IMG/VR virus record: IMGVR_UViG_3300034063_001075
Location: 1-64,000 of that record
DNA: 64,000 nucleotides
Strand: one strand, 5' to 3'
From: a virus
Shown: in pieces, positions 56,900 through 64,000 of the stretch
Layout: every line of letters starts with the position of its first letter
Position numbering within the stretch: position 1 is the stretch's first letter
The notes under the pieces: generated by a model
Seen by the model: only the letters and a program-made list of their open reading frames with translations
Database searches by the model: none
What the model was told of the DNA's origin: nothing
Program-made: the position numbers and the translations under genes

Positions 56900-57136
56900 A
56901 TGGAAACACCCACAACAACAGCCCCCGTCAACCGCACCCGAATCCCCAGCCTCGTCAACCGAGCCGCTCTACGAAAGCTGCTCCTCGACATTGCGGCTGA
57001 GGAGAAGGGCCACTTGCCGTCCTGCTATCACCTCAAGCGTGTAGCAGATTCTGTCTTCGACGAGGCCGAGGCCGCGCTCCGGACCTTCGCCCGTAACAAG
57101 GTCCGCTCCGTTAGAAAGGGAAAGACCATCCAGTAA
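56900..57136 (+). CDS. Histone-fold protein (alpha3-truncated, phage-type)
   Basis: SLVNRAALRKLLL (a1) - KRVADS (L1) - long a2 - KGKTI (L2); basic; 78 aa. Confidence 0.55.
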   Translation: METPTTTAPVNRTRIPSLVNRAALRKLLLDIAAEEKGHLPSCYHLKRVADSVFDEAEAALRTFARNKVRSVRKGKTIQ

Positions 57137-57262
57137 CCCCTTTTGACAGGGAGAGGAATTGCGGCGGCGTTTGGTTCTTTGCGCTGGTTATTTTCATTCT
57201 CCTGCTCCGTAACCGCGTAAAAGCGGAGCGCCCTGTCAACCCCTTGACTTTCACCTACCAAT

Positions 57263-57484
57263 ATGCAACCATCATACACCTACACCGTGACCTATAAAAA
57301 CTTACCGTGCTGGCATCCGGTTCGCCAAATGCACCGGAACCCCTCGTTCGATCGTGAGAACGACTGGCTCTTCGACCTGTTCTCCCGCCGCCGTCCCTTG
57401 TCTCTCTGGCAACGGCTCAAAGCCTTTGTCGCGAGGGAGTTAGCTCCGGTCTCTGATCACCTTAAACGGACTGTGGATAAGTAA
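57263..57484 (+). CDS. Hypothetical protein
   Basis: 73-aa ORF between promoter copies. Confidence 0.4.
   Translation: MQPSYTYTVTYKNLPCWHPVRQMHRNPSFDRENDWLFDLFSRRRPLSLWQRLKAFVARELAPVSDHLKRTVDK
57454..57481 (+). promoter_or_regulatory. Early promoter motif, copy 9
   Basis: TGATCA-N14-TGGATAAG with ATG 7 nt downstream. Confidence 0.6.
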
Positions 57485-57488
57485 CCGT

Positions 57489-57905
57489 ATGCAAACGTTC
57501 CTACCTTATCCCAACTTTCACGACTCTGCCCGAGTCCTCGACAATCGGCGTTTAGGCAAGCAACGGGTTGAGACGCTTCAGATTCTCAAAGCTCTCAGCC
57601 TCCCCACTTACGGTTGGCAAAACCACCCCGCTGTCAAAATGTGGCGCGGCTTTGAGCGGGGGCTCGCCGTCTACGGCGTAGTGATCTGCAACGAGTGGCT
57701 TCGGCGTGGTTTCAACGACACCTGCCTCGACAAGATTCGTCTGTATCTCAACGTGCATCCGACTGGGGGCACGATCCCGCCGTGGATCGACGACGAACAA
57801 TTCTGTCGGTCTCACCAATCCAATCTCATCCGAAAGGATCGCGCTCACTACGCCCCTTTCTTCCCCAACGTTCCGGACAACCTCCCGTATGTCTGGCCCA
57901 ACTGA
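57489..57905 (+). CDS. Pyrimidine dimer DNA glycosylase-like (MSMEG_6728 family)
   Basis: MQTFLPY, LDNRRLGKQRVE, NHPAVKMWRG, SHQSNL, LPYVWP. Confidence 0.85.
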   Translation: MQTFLPYPNFHDSARVLDNRRLGKQRVETLQILKALSLPTYGWQNHPAVKMWRGFERGLAVYGVVICNEWLRRGFNDTCLDKIRLYLNVHPTGGTIPPWIDDEQFCRSHQSNLIRKDRAHYAPFFPNVPDNLPYVWPN

Positions 57906-57908
57906 TCT

Positions 57909-58127
57909 ATGAAACAACGCAACTACAAAAAGGAATACCAACAGTTCCATGCAAAGCCCGAGCAAAAGCAAAACCGCGCTCAGCGTAATGCGGCTCGCGC
58001 AAAGATGGCCGCTGCTGGCCGAGTCCACAAAGGGGACGGCAAAGACGTCCATCACGTCAAAGGCATGAGCAACAAAGCTAGCAACCTTCGGGTCATGTCT
58101 GCCTCCCGTAACCGCTCAATCAAATAA
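57909..58127 (+). CDS. Small HNH-like protein
   Basis: RNYKKEY, GDGKDVHH, SNLRV..SRNRS. Confidence 0.75.
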   Translation: MKQRNYKKEYQQFHAKPEQKQNRAQRNAARAKMAAAGRVHKGDGKDVHHVKGMSNKASNLRVMSASRNRSIK

Positions 58128-58150
58128 CCACCAACACCAACACCAAACCT

Positions 58151-58681
58151 ATGCGAACCATCCAAAGAAGTAATCCACTACAAGACCACGACAACTCAGA
58201 AGACACCGTCTCAATCATGGCCGAAGTCCTCGTATCCGAAAACGTGCGTTCCAAGCATTCACCCCGTCCGGTGATGGAGCGTGTCGTCCGTGCGATGCAG
58301 GGGGACGCTGGCGACGATCTCTCCGAGGAACAGCACAAGCGATTCGACCTATCCCGCAGGGTAGCGAAGTTCACCGTGAGCCGATTCGAATTGGAAAGCG
58401 GCTCAATCTTCGTGCTGATCTTCTTGGACGCTAGCGGCGTGTTCGTGGCGACGCTGAAGGACCTCGAAGACATTCTTCGTGCCGATGCTAGCAAGCCACA
58501 CCCGTTCGACTTGTCAGCCAATAGGGTCGTCATTCGATCCCTTATCCCGCTCCGTGAAGGCGAGGCCTTGGACATTTCAATGACCCCCGAGGATGCGGAG
58601 AACGACAAAGCAATGCAGCACGTGCTTCGTCTCGCGACTGTTCTCAGTCCGAGTGATGTCGTCAAACCGGAGCTTAACTAA
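58151..58681 (+). CDS. Hypothetical protein
   Basis: C/A-rich leader; 176 aa. Confidence 0.55.
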   Translation: MRTIQRSNPLQDHDNSEDTVSIMAEVLVSENVRSKHSPRPVMERVVRAMQGDAGDDLSEEQHKRFDLSRRVAKFTVSRFELESGSIFVLIFLDASGVFVATLKDLEDILRADASKPHPFDLSANRVVIRSLIPLREGEALDISMTPEDAENDKAMQHVLRLATVLSPSDVVKPELN

Positions 58682-58866
58682 TGACTACCATAGTACAGCT
58701 AATCATAGGGGGCGGCATTCTCTTCATGCTCTTCTGCGTGGTCGGACTTGTCGTCGAAATGAATCGACTCCGAGCCAAAGCGCGAAGCGCCGAGGAAGAC
58801 GCTGCGTTTTACCGCAAGTGGTTGAACCGCGCTTTGTTCAGAGACAGGGAGGACTTGTTTGTATGA
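58681..58866 (+). CDS. Single-TM protein
   Basis: Hydrophobic N-terminus; coupled to neighbours. Confidence 0.55.
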   Translation: MTTIVQLIIGGGILFMLFCVVGLVVEMNRLRAKARSAEEDAAFYRKWLNRALFRDREDLFV

Positions 58867-59426
58867 CTACTCCCTATTCTTTTGATCAAGTCCGGATTCT
58901 TTCGGAGTCGTTGGGTCGTAGTCCTTTATCGTGGGGCAATGATGCAAGTTCCTTGCGCCATCGCTCTGCGGTTGCTGCTGCCCGTTTATCCGACGAAAGC
59001 TTATTGCAGATATTCGACGAGATTCAGCTACATACGAAGGCTCTTTGTAAAGAGCTTCCCGTTCTTCGATCTTTTGCGGGTCGTTGGATACTAGAGTCGG
59101 AAGACGAGTATTATGATAGTGAGTTTGTCCGCGCTCCGTATCGCTCCGTTGTGTCGGTGCTAGCTGAAGGTGGATTGCCGCTATTCACCTCGTTGTTTGA
59201 CCTCGAAACCCAAGAGGACTGTTCCGTTTTGCAGGAGTATTTCACTGACGTCGTCAGAGTTGAGTGGGAGTTCGCTCAACTGCTGATGGACAAACCCGAG
59301 CATCTTGAGTCCTACAAAAGTCAGCTTCGCGAGGCTTATAGCCGGATCGTGGATCAGATGAAGAAGGACTTCCCGTATTTGCCGTGGTCGAGCCGCCTCC
59401 AAGTTGGAGACGCTCTAGCGGCCTAA
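58863..59426 (+). CDS. Hypothetical protein
   Basis: ATGA overlap start (MTTPYSFDQ). Confidence 0.5.
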   Translation: MTTPYSFDQVRILSESLGRSPLSWGNDASSLRHRSAVAAARLSDESLLQIFDEIQLHTKALCKELPVLRSFAGRWILESEDEYYDSEFVRAPYRSVVSVLAEGGLPLFTSLFDLETQEDCSVLQEYFTDVVRVEWEFAQLLMDKPEHLESYKSQLREAYSRIVDQMKKDFPYLPWSSRLQVGDALAA

Positions 59427-59449
59427 CCAACAAACAAACAAAACTAAGT

Positions 59450-59752
59450 ATGGAAACAGCAAATGAGTTCGATAAATCCGTGACTCTGATAACGGATGAA
59501 AAGGAATACCATGCGTGGCGTCTCAAAATCGCCGCTGCTATGGGGCAGGGCCTTCTGGCGTCGCAAGACAAAGAGGGCTGGAATCTGGCGCGTCTGGCGT
59601 TTGTTAGCCTTCAAGCGGCTGACGCTATGCTGGAGATTGCCAGTAAACCGTTGCCCAAGCCGACTACCCGTCCTAGACAGGACGATATGAGCCCTGTTGA
59701 GCTTCAAGTGCTCGACGAAAATGGGGTGTCTGAGGGTCGCTCTTCGGACTAA
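59450..59752 (+). CDS. Hypothetical phage protein
   Basis: IAAAMGQGLLAS...AADAML; C/A-rich leader. Confidence 0.55.
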   Translation: METANEFDKSVTLITDEKEYHAWRLKIAAAMGQGLLASQDKEGWNLARLAFVSLQAADAMLEIASKPLPKPTTRPRQDDMSPVELQVLDENGVSEGRSSD

Positions 59753-60141
59753 AATAAATTTCTAACAGGCTCTGGCGGATACATCTCCGTTCAACCTGTT
59801 GGCTCGCCCCCCTCAAGGGGGGTGTGATGTCGGTGCTGCCAGAAGCACGGAAATATAGGGTGGGGAGTCTGGCCTCCCCGCAAACATGGAGCGGGGCCGT
59901 TAACATTGTCAGTGCGATCGGCCCCGCTCTCTTTTTCTATGAAGCCTTTTGAAGCGTGTTTATTCAAACGTGGTTACGACACCGAGGCCGAAGCGTTGCA
60001 GAACGGGATGGAAGTATACTTTTGCTTGTATTGCTGTAAGTTCCATTCCCGTATGTCCCTAGCCAACAAACGCAAAGAAAACCGATTCGCGCATAGAGAG
60101 CGCTTCTTTGCTTGTGCTAAGCGTCGCAGGGCTGCTAGCTG

Positions 60142-60357
60142 ATGGACATTATTCGTGAGACCGTCGCCTCGTTGGACCGCCAAGACTTGGAGAACAAAGA
60201 CTGGGCGCGGTTTCTCGTTCGTTCGATTCCGGAGGATACGGGGGGCGCGATGTCCCGACTATTCAAGTCCGTGCGTCCCTCTGTTGCGTTTTCCATCAAC
60301 TCAGAAACGGGCAAGCCTACCTTGAAGCTAGGGATTACCGCCTCAGTGCGTTGGTGA
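60142..60357 (+). CDS. Hypothetical protein
   Basis: Last plus-strand ORF before the convergent junction. Confidence 0.45.
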   Translation: MDIIRETVASLDRQDLENKDWARFLVRSIPEDTGGAMSRLFKSVRPSVAFSINSETGKPTLKLGITASVRW

Positions 60358-60363
60358 ATTTAG

Positions 60364-60433
60364 CGAGCGTGGCAGGATTCCATACCTGCAACTTTCTGGT
60401 TGTGCCCATTGCGTCTAGTTCCGCCACACGCTC
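60364..60433 (-). tRNA. Degenerate tRNA-like element (anticodon arm collapsed)
   Basis: Acceptor GAGCGTG/CACGCTC; D arm GCG-GAACTAGA-CGC; T arm GCAGG-TATGGAAT-CCTGC; no proper anticodon arm or CCA. Confidence 0.45.
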
Positions 60434-60522
60434 AAAGTAAGAAGGGGGGTGGGGGCTGGGGTTTCACCATATCTGCGCCCTCAGTCATACGCCGAGAGTA
60501 ATCGCACCCCCACCATTAAGTA

Positions 60523-60918
60523 TTAAGGCTCTGGCGCTACTTCTTGCGGCCCCGTTGTTGGGGGCTCTGCTAGCACGTCCGTAGTCAAATCCTCTACGTA
60601 AAAGTCGAATATTGTTCGCATCCGGACAATGTCTCGTTCCCCACTACCTTGAGTCCGTCGTTCGTCAAACTCTTTACCGACACCCATTTTACGGGGCCAG
60701 TCCTCAGGAGGCTTAGCCATGAACGCCGCGTGTAGCGCCTCTGTAATTGCAAAATAGACTTTTCGGATATCTCCCGTTGCCGCACTTACTTCGCTGGCTT
60801 GTAGCTTGGGGAGACTGCTAAGGGGGATGAATAAGCCTGTCGTCGGGGACCCAGAAACTGTTGCAGTAACAACATCTATGCCTGCAATCCACGCTTGCGG
60901 TATCTTATTAAATGCCAT
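60523..60918 (-). CDS. Hypothetical virion-associated protein (full-length paralogue)
   Basis: MAFNKIPQAWIAG...IPLSSLPKL...GDIRKVYFA. Confidence 0.6.
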   Translation of the reverse strand: MAFNKIPQAWIAGIDVVTATVSGSPTTGLFIPLSSLPKLQASEVSAATGDIRKVYFAITEALHAAFMAKPPEDWPRKMGVGKEFDERRTQGSGERDIVRMRTIFDFYVEDLTTDVLAEPPTTGPQEVAPEP

Positions 60919-60925
60919 TGGCTCT

Positions 60926-61204
60926 TTAAGCGTCCTCCGGCGCGACTTCAGCGGCGTCTATGAAAGTCTCGAACGAGAAATTGTAGGCTCTGTCAATTTG
61001 GTTGACGTTTGCGCTCGTCTGTCTCCGCATTTCCATTCGTGCCGGAAGCTGGTTTGGTAATTTCGAGCGATAGGAATCATACATTGCCTCAGCCAGTGCG
61101 TAGAAAACTTTGCGAACATCCGCATTAGGCCCCTGCACTTCTTCAGCGGTTAGCATAGGAATGCTAGAGAGCGGAATACATAACCACTGTTCGTCGTTTG
61201 GCAT
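60926..61204 (-). CDS. Paralogue of 60523-60918 lacking the N-terminus
   Basis: IPLSSIPML...ADVRKVFYA...EVAPE. Confidence 0.6.
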   Translation of the reverse strand: MPNDEQWLCIPLSSIPMLTAEEVQGPNADVRKVFYALAEAMYDSYRSKLPNQLPARMEMRRQTSANVNQIDRAYNFSFETFIDAAEVAPEDA

Positions 61205-61209
61205 AAGGC

Positions 61210-63393
61210 TTATGGAACGGTCACACCCATGAGGACCCCGTTAGTGAAGCGCAGCGTATTGGTGACGTTGCTTGGTCGGAGAACTGTGATGTTAGTAGTA
61301 AGCCCCCCGCCGATACCTAAGTTATTCAGAGTATTTGTTCTAACAGCGTTGTTAATAAATTCGATGCCTTTCGTGCCAACTATAGTAAAGGAGTTGCTGA
61401 ACACATAAGCAACGTCAGTATTATAAACCTCAAACACCATTCGGTCAGGACCTTGCATTCTCCAGATTCTATGATTCGTGCTTCCGATGTTAACTCCGGA
61501 AAAGAAAGGTGTATCATTCGTGCCGAGTCCTAAATTATCTCTAGTCGTGTGTAGGACCGTGTTAGTGGACGCAAACCCGTCACCGAATACGAGAGGGACA
61601 TACGTGGTAAATTCGTTGTCTCCTACTCGAAACTTAGTGTTGTTGTTGTGGATGTAAGTCAAATCACCGCTGTTCTCTCCCGGCCACCCAAAACCATAAT
61701 TAAGGGGGTTTTCAAGATACCAAGCAGAAATAGTGTGGCCGATCGAGTATTCGTTTGCGAAGTAAGTTTGAGCTACCCTCACTGTACTGACGTGAATGTC
61801 GGTAGTGCCAGTGCCGTTTGTAAGAAAGGCGGTATACTGTGCGGGGTCTACCCACTCAGTACCGCTTTCCCACTCGTTCACGCTAAGAAGTTTGTTAGCA
61901 TTCCCGCTAAGCGACGGTACTTCATCGGGTGGAACGGGCACATCAACCCACCCAACGTCGGAGCCTACAACTCCCAGCAACTTGTTATTGTTGCCACTCA
62001 ATGACGGCAATATGAGCGCACGTGCCTCTTGCAGCGTCCAGTTTGTGAGGCCGTCACCGACGTTGCCTATGATGTAAGTTTCGAACCAAGTGTCGTTTAG
62101 TGTGGTCTTAGTGAAATTACCTGCTTGGCTCGCTCCGACAATGAGGCTTCCCCCTAAGAGGTTTGTACTACCACCCACATTGACGGTAAGTTCAGGTAAC
62201 GCGCCGTCTTTGTCTTTATGAACAACCTCACCCCAGTCTGTGCGGTTTGTGCCGTACTTCACTAAGAGTCGCTGTCCGTCTATTCCAAGAGAGCCTATAT
62301 AGCCTGTTGGCGACCAAGGGTCTGACTGTGGGCTGATCTCGGACGGGAAAAGCCATATACCAAAACGTAAGTCCGGTTCGTCCCAGTCGTTGTCCACGAC
62401 GAAAGGGGCTACTGAGCCCCCGTTGGTCCCCAATGGAAATGGCGGGATTCGCACATGAAAACGGTGCTCGGGGGCGTTGACATTGAACCCCGCTTTGCCG
62501 TCAGCTTTTACAACAAAGCGTGTTGTAATATTTACCTGTTCGCCGTCTTCTTCATCGTACAAGGGGACGCCAGATGACGCCTTCACCAAATAGCCGTCGT
62601 TAACTGGCGCTGTGGAGTGAGACAGGTTAACAAAGAGGCCCTTACCGGATGGGTGGGTATGCTCAAGACGGGCAGTGTGAAGCCCTCCTGTGTCCTCCTT
62701 AACGTTGAATGCGGAGCCCGCCCACAAAGGGTCGTTGATGGTTAGCCTGCCGCCGAGCACAGTGTTTCCGTTAACGTTTAGTGATTTAACCTTAGTGTCA
62801 TTCAAAAAGGCCTTTGGCCCCCAATAGTACACCTCGTTCGTCGGCCACGTGCCCCAAACCAACTCGTTCGTGAGTTCCGGAGCTTTTATGCTAGCTGTAT
62901 TCGGCATGAGTAGATTGTCCGAAATACGCGTGTCTCCCGCGACATGAAGCGTGTGCTGGGGAGACGAAATGTTAATGCCTACTTTCCCGTCTGCTAGGAC
63001 AATGAAACGGGACACGGCGGTGTTGGTGTTGGTGTTAGCTCCCCCGTCCTTGGAAGTGGCGTGAAATAAAATCGAACCGGGGTTGTTGTTGTTAATCATC
63101 GAGACCAAAAGGCCTCTCGTTCCGACGTTCGTGTTGGTGTTATACACCAAAAGGGAATGCGGCGGGAGCCCGTATTCTTGAAAGAGCATTGATTGCGGGG
63201 ACGGAGAAATGGTGACGGAATTCGTGAACTTCAACGAGTTAAAGTTCGTGCCCATCGGCGCTACTACGGTTCCGTTGGTTGGGAAAAACGAAAGGGTACG
63301 TAGTGACGTTCCGTAGGTCCCAAATTGTGCGTGTGATAGTTGCGTTGTGGCAAACATAGCCGCTGCTCCTATGATGGCTGATGCGATTTTCAT
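61210..63393 (-). CDS. Thr-Asn-rich fibre-like protein with N-terminal signal peptide
   Basis: MKIASAIIGAAAMFATTQLSHA/Q; repeated DGKVGIN..P.HTLHV / DGKAGFN..P.HRFHV and PSLSGNxNKLL. Confidence 0.65.
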   Translation of the reverse strand: MKIASAIIGAAAMFATTQLSHAQFGTYGTSLRTLSFFPTNGTVVAPMGTNFNSLKFTNSVTISPSPQSMLFQEYGLPPHSLLVYNTNTNVGTRGLLVSMINNNNPGSILFHATSKDGGANTNTNTAVSRFIVLADGKVGINISSPQHTLHVAGDTRISDNLLMPNTASIKAPELTNELVWGTWPTNEVYYWGPKAFLNDTKVKSLNVNGNTVLGGRLTINDPLWAGSAFNVKEDTGGLHTARLEHTHPSGKGLFVNLSHSTAPVNDGYLVKASSGVPLYDEEDGEQVNITTRFVVKADGKAGFNVNAPEHRFHVRIPPFPLGTNGGSVAPFVVDNDWDEPDLRFGIWLFPSEISPQSDPWSPTGYIGSLGIDGQRLLVKYGTNRTDWGEVVHKDKDGALPELTVNVGGSTNLLGGSLIVGASQAGNFTKTTLNDTWFETYIIGNVGDGLTNWTLQEARALILPSLSGNNNKLLGVVGSDVGWVDVPVPPDEVPSLSGNANKLLSVNEWESGTEWVDPAQYTAFLTNGTGTTDIHVSTVRVAQTYFANEYSIGHTISAWYLENPLNYGFGWPGENSGDLTYIHNNNTKFRVGDNEFTTYVPLVFGDGFASTNTVLHTTRDNLGLGTNDTPFFSGVNIGSTNHRIWRMQGPDRMVFEVYNTDVAYVFSNSFTIVGTKGIEFINNAVRTNTLNNLGIGGGLTTNITVLRPSNVTNTLRFTNGVLMGVTVP

Positions 63394-63602
63394 GGGTTAC
63401 CTTGAGGCGGTGGGTTGGGGTTATCGGGCGCAGGTGCTAAAAGTGCCGTTCCTAGTGTTCCGTCGTTGTTAACGACTAGCTCCCATATCCCCCCGTCCTG
63501 AGCGATTAACTGAAGGGAGTTCAACGGAAAGTCTCCTAGTTCATTTGTTGAGTACAGGGAAAGACCCGCGATCCACGTGCTCGGCGCTGGATTGAATGGC
63601 AT
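63390..63602 (-). CDS. Small protein sharing the N-terminus of 60523-60918
   Basis: MPFNPAPSTWIAGL; WELVVNNDGTL. Confidence 0.5.
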   Translation of the reverse strand: MPFNPAPSTWIAGLSLYSTNELGDFPLNSLQLIAQDGGIWELVVNNDGTLGTALLAPAPDNPNPPPQGNP

Positions 63603-63605
63603 GGA

Positions 63606-63845
63606 TCACAGCACGTTGCGCCAACGCAGCATGGCAAGGCTCAATTCAATCCCCAGATTGATCCACGAATCCCCAATGTTGGAGGGCAACGCTTCTCGCA
63701 TTGCCGCAAACGCCGCGTTTCTTTTCGTGGAGTTGGAAACTTTTCTCTCGCTTTGCGCGGTGACCGCAGAAACTCCAAACAGAATAAGCTCCGAGATGAG
63801 GCCCCAATTCTTCGTGATAAAGCGAATGACCGTGAAAAAGTTCAT
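63606..63845 (-). CDS. Holin-like protein
   Basis: Hydrophobic N-terminus; STKRNAAF...INLGIELSL. Confidence 0.5.
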   Translation of the reverse strand: MNFFTVIRFITKNWGLISELILFGVSAVTAQSERKVSNSTKRNAAFAAMREALPSNIGDSWINLGIELSLAMLRWRNVL

Positions 63846-64000
63846 TTGGCTTTGTCAGTTACCGCAGCGGCTGTTTTGACTAGCACAACCCCGTCAACTT
63901 TGAGGGATGCGCCAGCGTCGTTTAGCACAGTTTGGATTTGCTTCCCGTATGTTTTGAGAATCTTCGCCGGAAGCATGGAAACGAGTTCCGAAACCGCTAG
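63842..64000 (-). CDS. Partial CDS (C-terminus only)
   Basis: LAVSELVSMLPAKILKTYGKQIQTVLNDAGASLKVDGVVLVKTAAAVTDKAK-stop overlapping the next ATG. Confidence 0.45.
   Translation of the reverse strand, partial: LAVSELVSMLPAKILKTYGKQIQTVLNDAGASLKVDGVVLVKTAAAVTDKAK

Noticed and set aside
63995-64000. Window start and end both contain CGCTAG, suggesting circular closure
   Set aside because: The match is only 6 nt of the genome's most iterated word, and the two cut ORFs look like different proteins
1-64000. Genome-wide TAG recoding
   Set aside because: Core genes are intact in the standard code, and TAG stops fall at sensible protein ends followed by new starts

Overview
Most of the genome of a temperate tailed phage in its free (attP-containing) form. 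The host is probably a PVC-superphylum bacterium such as Verrucomicrobiota; this is an inference from protein style. Bases 1-29659 are a minus-strand morphogenesis operon: TerL, portal, scaffold, major capsid, fibres, lysozyme, a 1989-aa Ser/Gln/Thr-repeat protein, a Pro/Ala-rich protein, an adaptor and internal virion proteins. A tRNA-Leu(CAA)-derived attP and a tyrosine integrase follow at 29.7-31.3 kb. A plus-strand replication block at 31.3-45.4 kb carries RuvC-like, helicase/Cas4-like, SSB-like, PolA, primase-helicase and dCMP deaminase genes. Next come a putative origin (45.5-45.9 kb), a TerS-like gene, and an early region (46.9-60.4 kb) with nine copies of a bipartite promoter-like motif that contains a DnaA box. 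The early region encodes two MoxR AAA+/VWA pairs with HEH/SAP-like N-termini and a histone-fold protein. The tail end of the minus-strand late block runs 60.5-64 kb. The standout feature is the 1989-aa protein: its repeat region is mirror-symmetric about a central Pro turn, which points to one giant antiparallel beta-hairpin of about 780 residues per strand. This could form a self-measuring beta-barrel tail or ejection tube roughly 200-260 nm long, in a window with no recognisable tail-tube or tape-measure gene. The genome is also strongly enriched for the palindrome (T)GCTAGC(A). All counts are manual tallies and all family assignments are by motif recognition, not database search.
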